Shown piece by piece: positions 45,962 to 60,700 of a stretch of DNA of 64,000 bases. A program made the translations under genes and the position numbers. The notes beneath the pieces were generated by a model. That model saw only the letters and a list, made by a program, of their open reading frames with translations, made no database searches and was not told where the DNA came from. This DNA comes from Schmidtea polychroa. Its lineage: Eukaryota. The stretch's first letter is position 1; every line of letters starts with the position of its first letter. Location of the stretch: assembly GCA_044892525.1 (NCBI GenBank), contig CM097885.1:9984001-10048000 (forward strand). Direction: 5' to 3'.

Positions 45962-46570
45962 ATGGAAGAAGTAAGAGAAGAAAAAGTTTACCCAGAATTG
46001 TCATCAGGATATTATTCCCCCAAACCTTCGGGACCTTCGGGACCTTCAGCTCCCACAGAACTTGAAATTATGAGAGTAAAAGAATTTAAATTAGAAATCT
46101 TACATTTACAAGATTTATTAAAGCATTATAAAAAAATTAAAAATAGATGGAATAAAGGGAATACCGTTTTAAAAGTTATAGGTTATTCTTTAGGATTTGC
46201 ATCTGCAATATTAACAGTTATTTTACCTATAACTTTACCAGTTGTTACTCTTGCACCAGTAATACTTGGAAGTATTACTGTAGCTGATGGTTTCTTAACT
46301 GAAATAGTTTCATTATCTTATACTTCAAAAAAGAGAAGTTTATATCGTGAAGTTTGTTTGTCAATAGAATTAGGAATCTCTAAATTATTTTTATTTCAAT
46401 TAAAAGCTTTGGAAGATGGAATCTTAACTGATGATGAAATAATGAAATCAAATCAAATAATACAAGATATTAAAAATAATATTAATAGATTAAAAAGTGC
46501 TAATGTTATAACTAATGAATATTCTAAAAAAATTAAACGGGAGAAATGGTTAAAGAATTCTTATTTATAA
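45962..46570 (+). CDS. Hypothetical membrane protein
   Basis: Central hydrophobic hairpin, then a KL......ALEDG.LTDDE motif. Confidence 0.6.
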   Translation: MEEVREEKVYPELSSGYYSPKPSGPSGPSAPTELEIMRVKEFKLEILHLQDLLKHYKKIKNRWNKGNTVLKVIGYSLGFASAILTVILPITLPVVTLAPVILGSITVADGFLTEIVSLSYTSKKRSLYREVCLSIELGISKLFLFQLKALEDGILTDDEIMKSNQIIQDIKNNINRLKSANVITNEYSKKIKREKWLKNSYL

Positions 46571-46648
46571 AATGGGTGTATTTTTAAAAAAGTAGATCAG
46601 GTTGCTATAGTTGCTTAAATTAATTGTCGACATTTTATTATTAAAAAA

Positions 46649-49600
46649 TTAAATATCGTTGAAAGCCAACCTTTGAATCATTAATTTATGATCTTTAAAT
46701 TCTTTATCACTTAGACCTTTTATATATTCAGGATCAGTATTAAAATATTTAAGTTCTAAACATATAGGATTAAAAACTTGAGAATATAAAGGCTTCTCGA
46801 TTTCTCTCTCGGGATAAATGATTTCAACATTATAAATATCAAGATCAGTAATTTTTGTATCATATAACATATTAAACTTTTCTGGATTTTTTATTATCGG
46901 TATTAAATTATTTCCTATAGGAAGAGTTGTCTTTAAATCACTTAGGATGAATCTCTTATCATCATAATTTGATAATGATACTTTTTGAGATTCTATCAAG
47001 TGAATATCATGGTTTTCGCTTTTAATCTGATGCACTTCATCAATTTTATCTTTATGATTTGGATTCAATGTATCTATATAATCTTGATGAGAAAGATTCT
47101 TTGCAACGGATTTCTGTATTCCTTTACATCTGTTATCCTTTACAGGTTTTTCTTCTTGTCCCTCTGGTTCTTTAGGGAATATAGGATATTTAAATGAAAT
47201 AATTTCCTCTTTTTCTGGGGTTTTAAATATAATTTCTCGGGTTATAAATTCAGGGTTTTTAAATGTTTCGTATGAATATTGTTTAGCACGAATAAATATT
47301 CCATTTTCTATAGGAGTAAAAGGTTTTTCATCTTTAAATGAAAATAATTCTCCAGTTGAATTTATTAAATTTGAAAGTATAGGATTTTCAGCTATATCTC
47401 TTTGTAAATCATGAGTTCTTATTGTTAAAAACATTGAATCTGTATCCATTGCATGCATTGATATATTAGAACCATATATAGGTTGTAAGATGTTATAATA
47501 TGTTTCATACATTTGTAATTTTGAAAGTTCTAAAATTGAAAACCCTATAAATATTGGTTTGTTGTATGTTTTCTCAAAACTCTTTAGTTCTATTGCAGTA
47601 AGACTTTCAGAAAATACTTGTGCGTTTTTAAATGTAGGCTTTCCTAGCATACGATTATAACGCTTAATATCTTTGGCAGTATTAGTTAGGAGTTCAATAT
47701 GAGTATATTTATCAACATTCTCCATTGTCTTCCCAAAGACTGAATTGTTAAAAAGTTTATAATTATTATCTTTAAAAAGGTTACCTTCTCTTTTTGCAAT
47801 GTTTCGACATCTAATGTTCTCCTCGATAAAAGCTTTCATGAATGGCCTCTGTTTAAATCTTATGACACTATGAACTTTTTTTAATATCATACCTCGTGAA
47901 AGATAAAATTGGAGGAGTCTATAGTGACAAAGATAAAACCTTCGATCTGTTTGATCACAAAGAAGTTTCATTGTTGGGGGTTTATCTTGTGAGATTTGCC
48001 ATTCAGAAAGTTCGTTGATATCAATCTTTCTTCTTACAGGAGCTAATGGGAAATATCTTGTTCCTGATTTTATATCATCTGGATATAATAAGTCACATTC
48101 TACAAAGTAACCTATTGGAGAATCTTTAGGTGTTGAAAGTATTTCTTTTATAAGTTCTTTTGATGATTCTATTTCAATGAAATCACCCATTGGTAAATAT
48201 TGAGTCATAATTCCTGAATATAAAGCTGTTGCATCTATATAAAGTATAAATATAGGATTTTTCATTGTTTCTAATATTTCTTTTAATTCCTCATTGTTAA
48301 TTTTTATATATGGATCAGAGGTCTTTGAAAGCATTCTGCTAGTAGTGATTGCATTTCTAGCTTTTATTTCTCTATTCCCCATTACTGAAGAGACTCCTCC
48401 TCTAATGTTTGTTTTAATTTGGTTAAACATATCGAGGTTAGTTAAAAGATCTATAATTTTATCACCTTCTTCTATATTTGAAGTCCAAATGGTATATAAT
48501 AAAGTATCCCAAGCTAAAGAGGGTGCTGTTATATAATTGTAAGGTTTAAAAACAAAAGACTTTGTAAATTCTTCAAAGCAATCTGCTAGAATATAAACAT
48601 CCAAGGATAAATACATACTTGTATATTCTCCTAAAGTTTTACACTTGAATAATTCCCACATTTTATTTGCTCGAGAATATTCTTGATTTGTAATATGATT
48701 TTTTTGAAGTTGTGAATAGAAATCTTCTTGGCTAGGAAGACTTGTTTCATTATATCTTTCAAACGAGTCAACATAGTCATAAGGATATATTCCTTTTGCT
48801 AAATATGTAGGATATTCTTCTAGAGGAATATTATTTTTTTCCAAGACTTCTCGAGTGATTTTAAAATCTTCTGGTTTCATTGTTTTAGCTATTCCATCTA
48901 GAGACATTTGAAGAAAGTTTAACGAGTCTATAAATTTTAATTTTCCATATTCAACTGATTTATATTTTTCCTTTGTAAGTCCTATAACTTTGAAAGAGTT
49001 TTTAGCATTTGCTGCTAAATGTTTAATAAATAGATGTATGTCATAACCAAAAAGATTATGAAATATAACAGGTACAAATTTAGGAGTATGACAATTAAGA
49101 TTACAATTTTTATGAGCTGCTCCTCGATAATTATTTTCCTTTTTTAAATGATCATGATCGAGGACTTTTATATTCGGAGACTCTTCAAATGGTTGTTTAC
49201 ACATCCAACAGTTGGAAGTGTTTTCATATTCTTGTTGTTGTTGATTAGAAATATTTTGAGGATAGTTTGTTTTTAATACTTTAAATATTTCATGTTCTAG
49301 ATCATTTATACTTTTAGTAAAATGATTCAAGACTTCTGTTTCTGAAATTCCTCGAAATGTATATTCTCTAGATTCTATGAGTTCAGGATAATTACTTTTA
49401 AATAATAATTTATAAGCAGATGGTAATTGTTTAGTTTTTTTAACACTATTAGGTTTATTCCTTTTTCTTAGAAAGGCTTTCATCCTCTCTGGTTTCATCT
49501 TCTCTCCTGAGGAGTTCCAGGAATACATGAGTTTATTTTTTTCTATTATTTTTAAATATTGTTTAACCAAATCTTGTTTACGATTTATAGATTCAAAGTC

Positions 49601-50949
49601 CCCATAAAGCACTCCTACTGTTTGTAGTAAATTTGAAAAGTTTTTAAAATACATCTTGGGATTATTAGGCATTTTAATTAAAGCTGGATCATCTTTTTCA
49701 CAAAATCTTGTATGTTTAATCATGGCGTTTTTAGTTGTTGAATAATGAAGACATCTTTTACATGTTCCTCCTCCACTAGTTGGATTCTCTGGTGATGTAA
49801 AAGCTTGAAAGTTTTTTATTAAAACATAGTGTTGATTATTTTGTTGTTCCAAGATTAAAAGATATATTTCTCTAGGGTTATCCTGGGGTTCGTTATCCTT
49901 GGTTCCACTATCAGAAATGTAAATTGGAATAATTTCTCTACTTTTAACATGTTCACAAATATTAATTTTAAGATTATTTAAACTTTCAAATTTTGGAATG
50001 TCTTCTAGTTTCATTGGATGTTTGAATCCTTTGGGAAATATTAATTCATTTTCATATTGTTTGTATTTTGAAACTCTTTGAGGGTTTGATTCTTGAGGGT
50101 GTAAATGTGCAAGTATTGACCAGACGAAACATTTGTTATCATTATTCTGTATGTTTATAACATTTTTAGATTTAAAGGGTGTAGGAATATAAGATTTAGG
50201 ATTAGGTGGTAATCCTCTCCAATAATCAATCACTAAAGTTTGGAAAGAGTTGAATACTAAGTTTGAATCTCCTAATTCATTTTCAACCTCTTCTTGTTTT
50301 GCTTCTACTGCTTGAATTATTTCTTTGATGGTTTTATCAAATCCTTTAGTTGAAAATAAATATTTAAAGGGTATTCCAATTTCAACATCTAAAGGTGTTG
50401 TCTTTTCTTCTGCTCCTCGCCAGTATTTTGCTTTGATTATAATTTTATATTTTATAACATTATACCTTGTCGGTTTATAATTTTTTAAAGCTTCAGTGAA
50501 AGAATTTTTAATATTTTTTTTATTTTTATTTATATATTCTCCAGGAGTTATAGGTCCATTGATTTCTAATTGAAATTCATCTACATGATTAAAATCATCC
50601 CAGTTATATTTTTCTCTTTCAACATGATCAGGTTCTCCTTCTGAATGACATTCCTCATCGTCAGAATTTTGTTTTTTATTTTTACATTCTTTTATATGTT
50701 CTAAATAATAGAAATTTACTTTTGTTGAAAAGTTACAGTGAGAACATGTAAATATTTCTCTATTTTCCCGATACAATTTTCAAAATGTTTATTATATCCA
50801 GAATGTAGAAATCTTCCTTTACATTTAGGACAAACTTTTGAATTTGTATCATTAAGATTGTTTTCTTTTAATAAATGAGCTTTCGATTTTAAGTGAGAAA
50901 TTAATCCAGTTTTATTTTTAAAAACTTTATTACAAATATTACAATTCAT
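46649..50949 (-). CDS. pPolB of the outer element with N-terminal zinc fingers; probable 1-bp frameshift near 50767
   Basis: YGDFES, DHDH..YRGAAH..CN, FHNLFGYD, KGIYPY, YIDATALYS, KLFNNSVFGK, MDTDS, CKGI. ORF 50716-50949 supplies the ATG and two more zinc fingers. Confidence 0.95.
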
Positions 50950-51038
50950 TTTTAGAAAAAAATTTTTTATTGGATATCCTGTTTTGATTTTTTATGTTTT
51001 TATATTTATTTTCATAATGTGACAGTATAAAAAATAAC

Positions 51039-51304
51039 AAAAATCCAAACCTAGATAGCGCAGTGGGCTAGACCGACACCGTGGTTCAAATGGATAGCGG
51101 TTCAAATCCTAACTGTGGTTAGTTTTTTTTTTTTTAAAATTTGAAAATAATAGTGTGGGTATCTTAGATTTATATTTTATTTTATTTATTTTTATTTTAT
51201 TTTATTTTATTTTATTTATTTTATTTATTTTATTAATTATTTTATTTTTAAACATAAATATGAAAAAAAAATTATTGAAACGGGTGATGGTGGCGAACCG
51301 GTAA
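51039..51304. repeat. Outer Polinton right TIR (part shared with the left TIR)
   Basis: Reverse complement of 20448-20704. Confidence 0.92.
51047..51135 (+). ncRNA. tRNA-like Pol III unit 1, right-TIR copy
   Basis: A box 51056-51066, B box 51099-51109, T13 at 51123-51135; TATAAAAA about 20 bp upstream. Confidence 0.7.
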
Positions 51305-51723
51305 TTATCGCCACCAGTCTTTCGAACACCCCCGGATCGATTCTTTAATGTGCACATTTATTTCTCAGTTGTTTTCGGACCTCTTTCGGATTTACTTTCG
51401 AATTCATTTGTACTTTCGAGCAGCACGCTTAAAACGCCGATGAAATCGTATTCGAGCGAGAAGCGAATAATAAGGTGTGCTGCTATTATCGGATTGATTC
51501 TGATGTATGAGTCTCGCCAGCTTGTATATTAGAAGAGATTTGATAAACGAAAGAGGTTGAAATGATCCGGATCAAAAAAACTGTTGAGGGATCAGTGAAA
51601 AAAAAAAAAAAATACCACTGTCCCCTCAGAGCAGTTTTACTATTTTTCATTTATTTTTTAATTTATATAATTTAAAATCAATAATCTGATAAAGATGAAC
51701 TCCGGAGTTTGATTGCGATCAAA

Positions 51724-51974
51724 AGTAGTGTGTATATAGCCCTATCCCAAATAGCCCTCTAACTTTTTCATAATGCCATTTTCTTTTCTATTCTCTTTTT
51801 AGTTTGAAGCTTTTGAGTTTGAGGCTTTAAAGATTAAGGGTGGTTGTTGTTTAAAATATGGGGTAAAATACTATAAAAACATAGGTTTTATGTTGTTTTT
51901 CTAATGGTTTAAGCGTAATGGAGGTATGTTTTTGTTGGGAGGGCTGTTTGGGTTGGGTATATATACACACTACT
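51724..51974. mobile_element. 251-bp unit with Polinton-type AGTAGT...ACTACT inverted ends
   Basis: AGTAGTGTGTATATA perfect 15-bp IR extending to ~36 bp with few mismatches; no 6-bp TSD. Confidence 0.6.
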
Positions 51975-52108
51975 GAAGTAGCATTTATTTCATCGTGATT
52001 TGAAAAGTCAACGGACTCGGCAATTTTCAGCTATGATCAACGTGTTAAATATTATCTGTTTTAAATTCATACTATTTTAATTAATGATCATCTATTAAAA
52101 TGAAAATT

Positions 52109-52491
52109 CAGTGGCGTAACTAATAAACGCAGGACCCTGTGTTGCGGGGGCCCACCAGCTATAGGGGGCCCAAAATTATTACTAAAAAAATATTTACAAT
52201 CATTTTCTGAAACATTTTTCCCGCAGTTATATTTGCCTACAAACATAAAACTATCATTGAATAGCGGCTGCTGTGAATAACTATGTATTAAACTTTAACG
52301 AAAAGATTTTTTGCCAATATGAAGGCAAGGAGGAAAGATTTTAATATTTAAGGTCCATTAAGTTTTAGTTTCATTTTTGTATTATTTTTATGATATATGA
52401 AATAAATATCTTACTTGTTTTTGTTAAAAAAAATTATTGTGGAATTATTTTACATTGCGCGGAGGGCCTAAATTTTGAAGTTCCGCACCTG
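52109..52491 (+). mobile_element. Non-autonomous hAT element
   Basis: TIRs CAGTGGCGTAACT / AGTTCCGCACCTG, GGGCCC subterminal motifs, perfect 8-bp TSD TGAAAATT, residual FANMKARRK transposase end. Confidence 0.88.
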
Positions 52492-53569
52492 TGAAAATTA
52501 TTAAGAAATATTTCTTTATTATAGAAATTGAATAATACAAAAAACAATTGAAAATTCAAAAGGATTTTACAAAAAATAAATAACAATTATAATTATTTTT
52601 ACAACATAAACAAATTAAATAAACATGTATAATGTTTTTGAAGTAAAGTTACTAGATCACTAGCATTCAGGGCAATTGTTGAAATCACTCACAGAAGCGT
52701 TTGAGCAACCTATGAGTTATTAAGTATTAAAGTCGTTTGACCCTGAATGCGCAAAGACGTCAACCGGTAATCGTGTTGATGCTGTTCATATCGAAATAGT
52801 AAGGCGTTACCACCATCAAGAGCTATTACTACATTTTGACAATAATTAATTGGAATAGTAGATGATCAGAGACTTTCCCAAGACGCTTAACGAACACGCT
52901 GAAAATCACCGAACTTTTTAAAAATAACTGGGTAAATAACAGCGTAGACAATTTGAGTTTCGCCTATTCAATTCAAAATACGTCTGAATGTTGAGAGAAT
53001 TTCCAACTTCCTTAACAAATTCTTTACACAATAGACTCATTTATGACCTTTTTTGTATCCTTTGCAAGTCAGATGCTCTCAACATTAGATGTCACCGAAT
53101 AATATTTGTAATAATATTGTTACCAAAAATCTCGCCACTTGCATTAAATACCACTTACTAGTGACAAAGCCGAAATATTCAGAAAACATCCATTAGCTTC
53201 GACTGACTTTGAAATACTAAACGAGATGTCACAGGAACAGACTGGACGTATAAGAACGTATGACGAACATTTTGTGGGTTTCGGGTATAGTTTGTTTGTA
53301 CCTGAACATACGGTATACGGCTTGTTGCGTTTGGGCAATATTATAGTATTACGTACGTTCATTTGAGTAGAGCGGTTAAAGTAACGCTATGTCGGTCCCT
53401 TCAAGGTGTTGAAATTTCACCAAGAAAACAACACATAACCATAATAGTATACGAAAGCTGCAAAACTGTCAATATTTATAAGGTCAAATTTTCCTACTAC
53501 ATCGACGAGATCAGCATCATTGTTACAAATTCATGGCTTGAACTTCAGTTTCTTGGAACTCCTTGAAAG

Positions 53570-54095
53570 ATTAGCGGCAAATAAGTCTCTTTTCAAGGTC
53601 CAGAAGTAATCTTCCATAATTACTGCATCCCAACGCCCCTTATACTTTGTCCTCATTTCTTTTAGGTCTTGATGAAACCTCTCCCCTGTTCGTCACTCAT
53701 CGATCCAAGATTCTCAGGAAACCAATTCAAGTGGGAGAACAAGTAGTTCATTTAGATGCTCATGTTGCATCCGAGGTATCTAAAAGCAGCCAGCATCTTG
53801 GTAACAATTTCTTCATAGTTCCTGGCCTTGTTGTTGCCAAGGAAGTTGTTGGAAATATTGAACAAAAGTCGTCAACACTTTAATCTCCAATGATTTTATT
53901 GAGCTCTCAAACTTTGGATCTCTCATGAGCTGTCAAATTTGAGGACCATCAAAAATCCTAGCTTTCAACTTTTAATAATTATTACTAAATATCCGAATTT
54001 CTATTGTTGTTTAGCTGCTTCCTGAGTTTCTTGGGATTTAATAAATGCCTCCTGGAACCGAAATATTTAAAGAAATTATCTCGTTTCATAATTTT
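53570..54095 (-). pseudogene. Degenerate Chapaev3-like (CMC) transposase C-terminus
   Basis: KLKARIFDGPQI...NFLGNNKARNY...GCNMSI*MNYLFSHL..FPENLG..SDEQG/RFHQDL..M...Y.GRW...M.DY.W.LKRD. Confidence 0.75.
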
Positions 54096-56095
54096 CTGTT
54101 TAATATACACCGAGTCTTATTTCTCTAGTTGATTTTATTTTTTCACCTTTTTAATTGCCATTTATTTCTACTGTGAAATAATTTGTAATTTTGCATCTAA
54201 CATTTACAGTATAAATTGTAAAATATGGTTTATGATAGATATGTAAATTAATAAGTAACTTTAAGTAACTTTAATATGCCAAAAACTTTCTTTCTTCTCT
54301 ACCGGTATTTTAAATTTAATTCACAATTTTGACGATCCCAGGAGAAAAAGGTTGAATAGATAAAGACAAAGTGAGTATTATCTGCTTGAAATGTAGGCGT
54401 CTCAGAGTCATTCATGATCATCTTCTTTTCATTATAATCCATTTATATCAGTCGATTCCAGAAAATCCAATTTAATTTCCAATTAACAAAGAAAAAACTC
54501 TAAATCTCCAATCACAATCGATATTATTAATTCAAATTCCAATAAATTCAATAAATCAAAAAGAAAAATTCGAAATATCACGAATTGAAACAAACTTAAA
54601 GTTAAAGAAGTCGATTTTCTAATTCAAACACAGAATTGGAGAATAATCCAAAAAACAGAATTCAATATAAAATAGGCATGCGCACACAAACGCAAAAGAA
54701 TCACAAATATTATTGACGCGCGCACACAAACGCGAGCACTTATTTAAAAAACATGAAAAGGCACAATCGGCCAAAACAGAATGTTTAATTAATTAAATTA
54801 ATTAATTTAATTTTTAAATATATACTTAATATGGGCGTATAATTTATACGATTGTTTACTGTAATAATGTTTAGATAGAAATTAAAAATTTTTAATCTCT
54901 TCAAACTTTTCGTTATCAACGTCATTTCTGTGCAAGTTAATTAAAATTTTATTTTCTTATATATCAAATTTCACTGTAAGGACCCCCCTCCCTCTATAAA
55001 AATACATTAATGTATTAAAAAAAATAACAATGAAAGAAATATTTAAATGACGTTACAAATATGAAGTATTTTGTCATAAATGAATTAGTGACATCAAATT
55101 CTTGAATGCAAACTTTGAGGAGTTTAATGGTTTATAACGATAGAATAATTTACTCTTTCATGCTTATGAAGTTCCATATTTTCTTTCTCCAACTCTTAAA
55201 TTGCTTTATCATGATACCATATTAAAACAAATAATAATACCCCAAAACACTTTAAAATTGCACTTGAAATATTATATAATTAAATAAATTTAAATAAATT
55301 TATTATTCAAATTTTCATTTTTATTCAACTTTTAACAAGTAAATGAAATAAATTAATAAAAATGAAAATTCAAACTGAAAATAAAAAATATTGCAAAATG
55401 TTTATATAAAAAACTTTACATATAAACAAATTAAACTTTAACTTATTTGTTTGAACAAATTATATATAATTAAAACAAAGTTTGCTAAAAAAAATCAATA
55501 GGCATAATAAAACAAAGTTTATGTTTTGTAAATGTTCATGTAATTGTTTTGCGAGCAGCAGTAGGAAATTAGAAATGAAAAAAACAAATCCAATGAGGTT
55601 TAAATTGAGTTTTTAGTAACAAAACTGGAACAGTAAGCGAGAAATCGATAATTTTTTTAGAAATTTATTATTTTAATTCTGTCTGGTAAAAGAAAACTTT
55701 TTCTTTATTTAAAAATATTTATTTCAAATTTTTATTGTTTCAATGGATCAAAATGACTGATTAAGTAACATATAAATATAATTGGTCACCGGTAGTCTGT
55801 CAAAATGATTTGAAGTTTGTTTTCTTGTTTTTATTTCTATTAATTCAAAACGAAAACAAACAGTTTCATTTATTTTCTACTTTCCTAATTTTTACTTCTT
55901 ATTTATAATTTAAATATTAAACAATAATTTTCTATTCATTTTCATTGATCATCATTTGTTTCATTATACTCACCTTATTTGTCTTTTACATTTTCCATTA
56001 TTATCTAATTTTTTTTATTATTATGTGACAATATATTAATAAAAATTTAAAAATGACCAAACATTGTATTACGAATATATATATGTATACTGTTT

Positions 56096-57779
56096 ACACC
56101 AAACACCACTGAGATACGTTTCTTATAATATAAGAAAAAACTCGTTATAGAAATATACATACTATTATGATGTAATCGAAATTGTAACTGTTATGAGGTA
56201 TTTTCTTGCTTATGTAATATATATATATATTCTCTCGATTATAAGTTCGTATGTTAAATAACTAAGTTGTGATTAAATATATATCTTATGTTCTTGTCCG
56301 TTTATGCGTGTATTGCAAGGGGGTTTGTAGAGCCCAGCCGAGTCACCAGTAAATGAACTGTCTCAAGACAGCTGGAGTGAACGTGTGTAGAGTAATATAC
56401 AATTGAATAATAATGTTTATAAAGAATATGATAAAATAATAACTAAATTTAACTATCAAAAAATATTATCCAACTTTTATTAACAAAAAATATTGTAGGA
56501 CCTGATTTAATTGGAATATTGTTAACTTAGACTAAACTTGGAATATCTATGTTGGTAGCCGCTTGATCAAGGGGATTTATTATATCTGAATTAATATTCA
56601 TGGATTTCGTTCAAGAACGTATATGATTGTTTCGTTGTATTAGAATTGAATTTAGTATATTTAGTTCGTTGTCGTTTAGTCAGTGATTTTGATAAATTGA
56701 GATCAAAATTGCTTGACTATAATTGAAAATATACTGAATCTTCTTATTAAATTTGTATTAGACTTTGAATATTTTCTCTGCTTCTAGTTTTTTTACTATC
56801 CTTTTGATTGTTTGAGTTTACAAATTTCTGTTATTATTTCCTTAGAATATTCTTTATTGATTCTTTTGAATTTTTTATTTTTCATCGTTTTTGTCATTTT
56901 ACTATAGCGATAATTTACTATAGTAAATTATCGCTATATAGTTTTTATAAACATTTTGTTTCACAAACGTTAAGGGCACAGAAATGATAGTAAAAACAAA
57001 CCCTAATTGAGGTTCTGTTTTAACTCATAATGATGATAAAAATGTAACATTCTACTACACATACTTATTTTAATATCACACTGATATTTTCATTGATAAT
57101 GCAATCGAATACATAATACACTATAGAAATCATAAAAGTGGTAGAAAAATTAAATACTAAACACAAACACAACACATACTAAAAAACACATGCAAACTTT
57201 CGATATATAAAAATGCGCAACTGAGATACATTTCTATAAAAACTTTATTTTAGACAATTAGAAAAAAAATGATCGCTGAAAATGTTTTTAAATGTCATGA
57301 AAATAACGAAATATCGTAAGAATTATTCTTGATTTAAAATTAAGTTAAATATTCATTAGAATTTCTGATATTTGTTTTAGAAATATTTGAGAAAAATACA
57401 TTTTTGGCGATTGATTTAATTATAATTTAAAATATATCTGACTAACATTATATAAAAATAATTTTCGAAATAAATATAAAATAAATTTTATAAAATTCCT
57501 AAAAAACCTGAAAATTAATTAAAAATAATTTATAACACCAATGTTGACTAAAAGTAATATTAAACAACTTGAATAATGATCTGATATCTATATGGATCAA
57601 AATTCAAATCTTAAAATTTACTTAAAATTAAACATCTTACATGAAAAACATTTCAAAATTGGCTAAAATAAATTTCTAGAAAATTAAAATCCATTAAATT
57701 GGTGAGTCAATTAAATGAGACTAATTGATGTACACAATAACCACCACTATAGAAAATGTATCTCAGTGGTGTTTGGTGT
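56096..57779. mobile_element. Possible non-autonomous TIR element
   Basis: ~30-bp inverted repeat ACACCAAACACCACTGAGATAC at 56096 and 57779, partial internal copy at ~57220; no TSD seen. Confidence 0.4.
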
Positions 57780-60700
57780 TGTAATAAAGCTTACATTCCT
57801 TTGTTGTACTCATGTTAAAATATACCGTTTCGGTTGGTTCCCTTTAATACCTATTTCGGGTACTTATTGAACGCACCATATATATGAAAAGAATAATGGT
57901 AATAAGAATAACAGAGCAATGGTAATAATAATATTAATATAAGAGAATTTGTTTTCTTTACATAATTTCAGTTTAATAATTCAACTTTACAACATCCTAT
58001 TGTTGATGGATTTTGAACCTTTGATCTAAATGTTTAAAGGGAGAGCTTCATATATATTTTGTTGCGTCACATCCTGTTGATTAAATTCAAATTAAGGTTT
58101 CCAGAGTATTTAAATTATTTATTTTACTTTTTTAAAGAGAAGTAAAATAATTTTCATATAAATAAAATCACATAGTTTGTTACAATATATTTGTAACATA
58201 TTGCGACCTTGCGCAAACATTACCAGACACTAAGCACATTCAATAAAAATGATCATACTCATGTCTTTCTGGGATAAAATGTTATTGTTCTTTCCAAAAT
58301 TAATTAAAAATCTCAAAATACTGTAAAACATACAAACACCCTCTTTACGGTTCAAAGGTTTAAAATTGAACCATATATAGAGGTGTATCATTCGTAGAAT
58401 AGTTTATAAAATATGGGAAAAATTACATTTTAAAACTGAAAAAAAATAACTAATCTTTAAATACTTTTAATTAATTTTTTCCACATTCTGCAGATTGACA
58501 ATAATTCAATGTTTGTTTTAATTGTTAAATGTTAGCTATACAATAGGAACTCGGATATTTATTTATAAAGCACTTTATTTCTTTTGTTTTAAAAATATAT
58601 ATCCAGTATTAATAGTTTAGCGTTTTCAGACTATTTCTCTTCAATTTTATCAAATAATTTCATTAAATTCATTTCATCCTTTATATCTCCCCTATGAGTA
58701 ATTCTTATATCAATTTTAGCTTGATTTTGTGTTATTTCTTTTGTATACAGGTTGATTGGATCTTGACAATACATATCTTCTGATACTTTATACTTAGAAT
58801 CTTCAATGTTTTCAATATCATCATCGCCATAATAAAATTCATCAATTAATCTTTTAATTAATATTTCTTCTTTTATTAGTGCAAATACTGACAACTTCTT
58901 TTTAATTATTAACTCTTATAGCGCTTTATCCTTTTTCTTTAGATTCTCTATCCTATACTTAAAAACTATTATTATATGAACTTTTTTCAATTTTCACTTC
59001 TGATATCTTTTCAACTGAAATTGTCTTTATTGCTTGTATGTAATACTTATGGAGTCTCTAAATTTGACATGAAAATAGAAGCCAAAGTCAGAGTTAAGTA
59101 TGAACTCACAGTAATACAAACAATCTGTTTATGCCGTTAATTATTAACGATAAAATAGACATTGGGTATGATTAATGTCAAAAGCGTTCATAAACAACTG
59201 CGAATAATATTATAATTAATTTTTTAATTGAATCATTAGAACAAAAATTTATTATCTCAGTTAGGAGTTCAAATATTTTTCATTAAAAAATAGAAATTTA
59301 TTTGATATATTATATTTATTTAAACATACATGGAAACGATCTACTCGAACATTCGTTTCACGATATATTTTGACAGTTTTCCTGTTATCATCAGGTCGGA
59401 CAGAATGACTATAGAAATTATTGATTTTATGAACAAATTTATTAATTATATAATTTTAATAAAATATTTTCATTAAAAAATTACTATTATATTATATTAT
59501 ATTTTCTCTAATTTCAAAAATATTTCTAACAAATTAATATTTTTAAAATGAATTTTTCGTCAGTTGTGATAAGATTAATACAAATTTTAATCCTAGATTT
59601 TCCATCATGTACAAAATATAATTTTACACATTAAATATTTATTAAAATTTATTTTTTGAGAATATGTTTTTTTAATTTAGCAAAAAACAAATTTGTTAAT
59701 AATAAATCTTTGTAATTTCGAGTTTTGTAAAAAATAAACATGAAAGATTACTTTTTTATCTGTTTTATCAAAAAGTAATTGTAAAAAATATAAATTTATG
59801 TAAAATAATACAACGATGAATTTGACAATGGAGTCCATATTAAGCTCGGTTTTACAGTTTTTTTGCTGATTTCAAAAATATATTATTATATTCATGGATA
59901 TTTATAAAATGTTTTAAATAGAAGAAATTGGTTGATGGTTAATTTAAGAATATCGTATGAAATTGTGAAATCAAATGTAAAATATAGTGAAATAATTAGT
60001 AAATAATCGGATCAGTAATATAATACACTATTTAAGCTGTTTTATCAAATTCACTTCAAAAAGGCAGTTTCGGAAATTCGTGAATATCAAAAACATTGAT
60101 ATATTTACTGATTCATTTGACTATTGAATCGATTGAGTTGTTATTATTCATGTAATGAATTGTGATAATCAATAAAGGCGTATATTGTCTGAGAATTGTT
60201 ATTTTGTGGATCAAATAAAGCGCGTTTTGGAGTCAGAGATTTTATTGGTAACTTTTAAATATTACCTCCAACCCAATAACCAAACAGTACATTATACAGA
60301 TATAATAATTATAATTCACAACATAAATTAAAAAATACAATCAAAAACAAAGCCAATTTTTTATGACTGAATTTTAATTGAAACAACAAAAACTGTAAAG
60401 AAATTTAACATTATCAATTCTCTAAATTGGCAACATTTCCTCAATCGAATTGACTCTGTAACCTTGAATTGTGATATAATTATATAATAATTTTACATAT
60501 TCTTGAATTCTAATTTTATTAAATGATATCTGGTGTGATGGTGACTGATTAATATGCATCACTGCGCTATAACATTTTGATTTAGTTTAAACATTTATTC
60601 ATTGAAACATTTGAAACATTTTACATATATTTCCAAGAAAATTGAAATGTCTCAATGGGTGGCTATGATGTCACAATTTTAAAGACGACCAAGTAGCACA

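Noticed and set aside
52650..53560. Possible Gypsy integrase GPF motif (RYVGPFKV, ~53385) and other transposase scraps
   Set aside because: Too short and degenerate to assign by eye; probably decayed TE mosaic.
56450..59100. Possible Penelope-like RT remnants on the minus strand, including ORF 58631-58894
   Set aside because: Coding-like composition but no diagnostic motif could be confirmed without a profile search.
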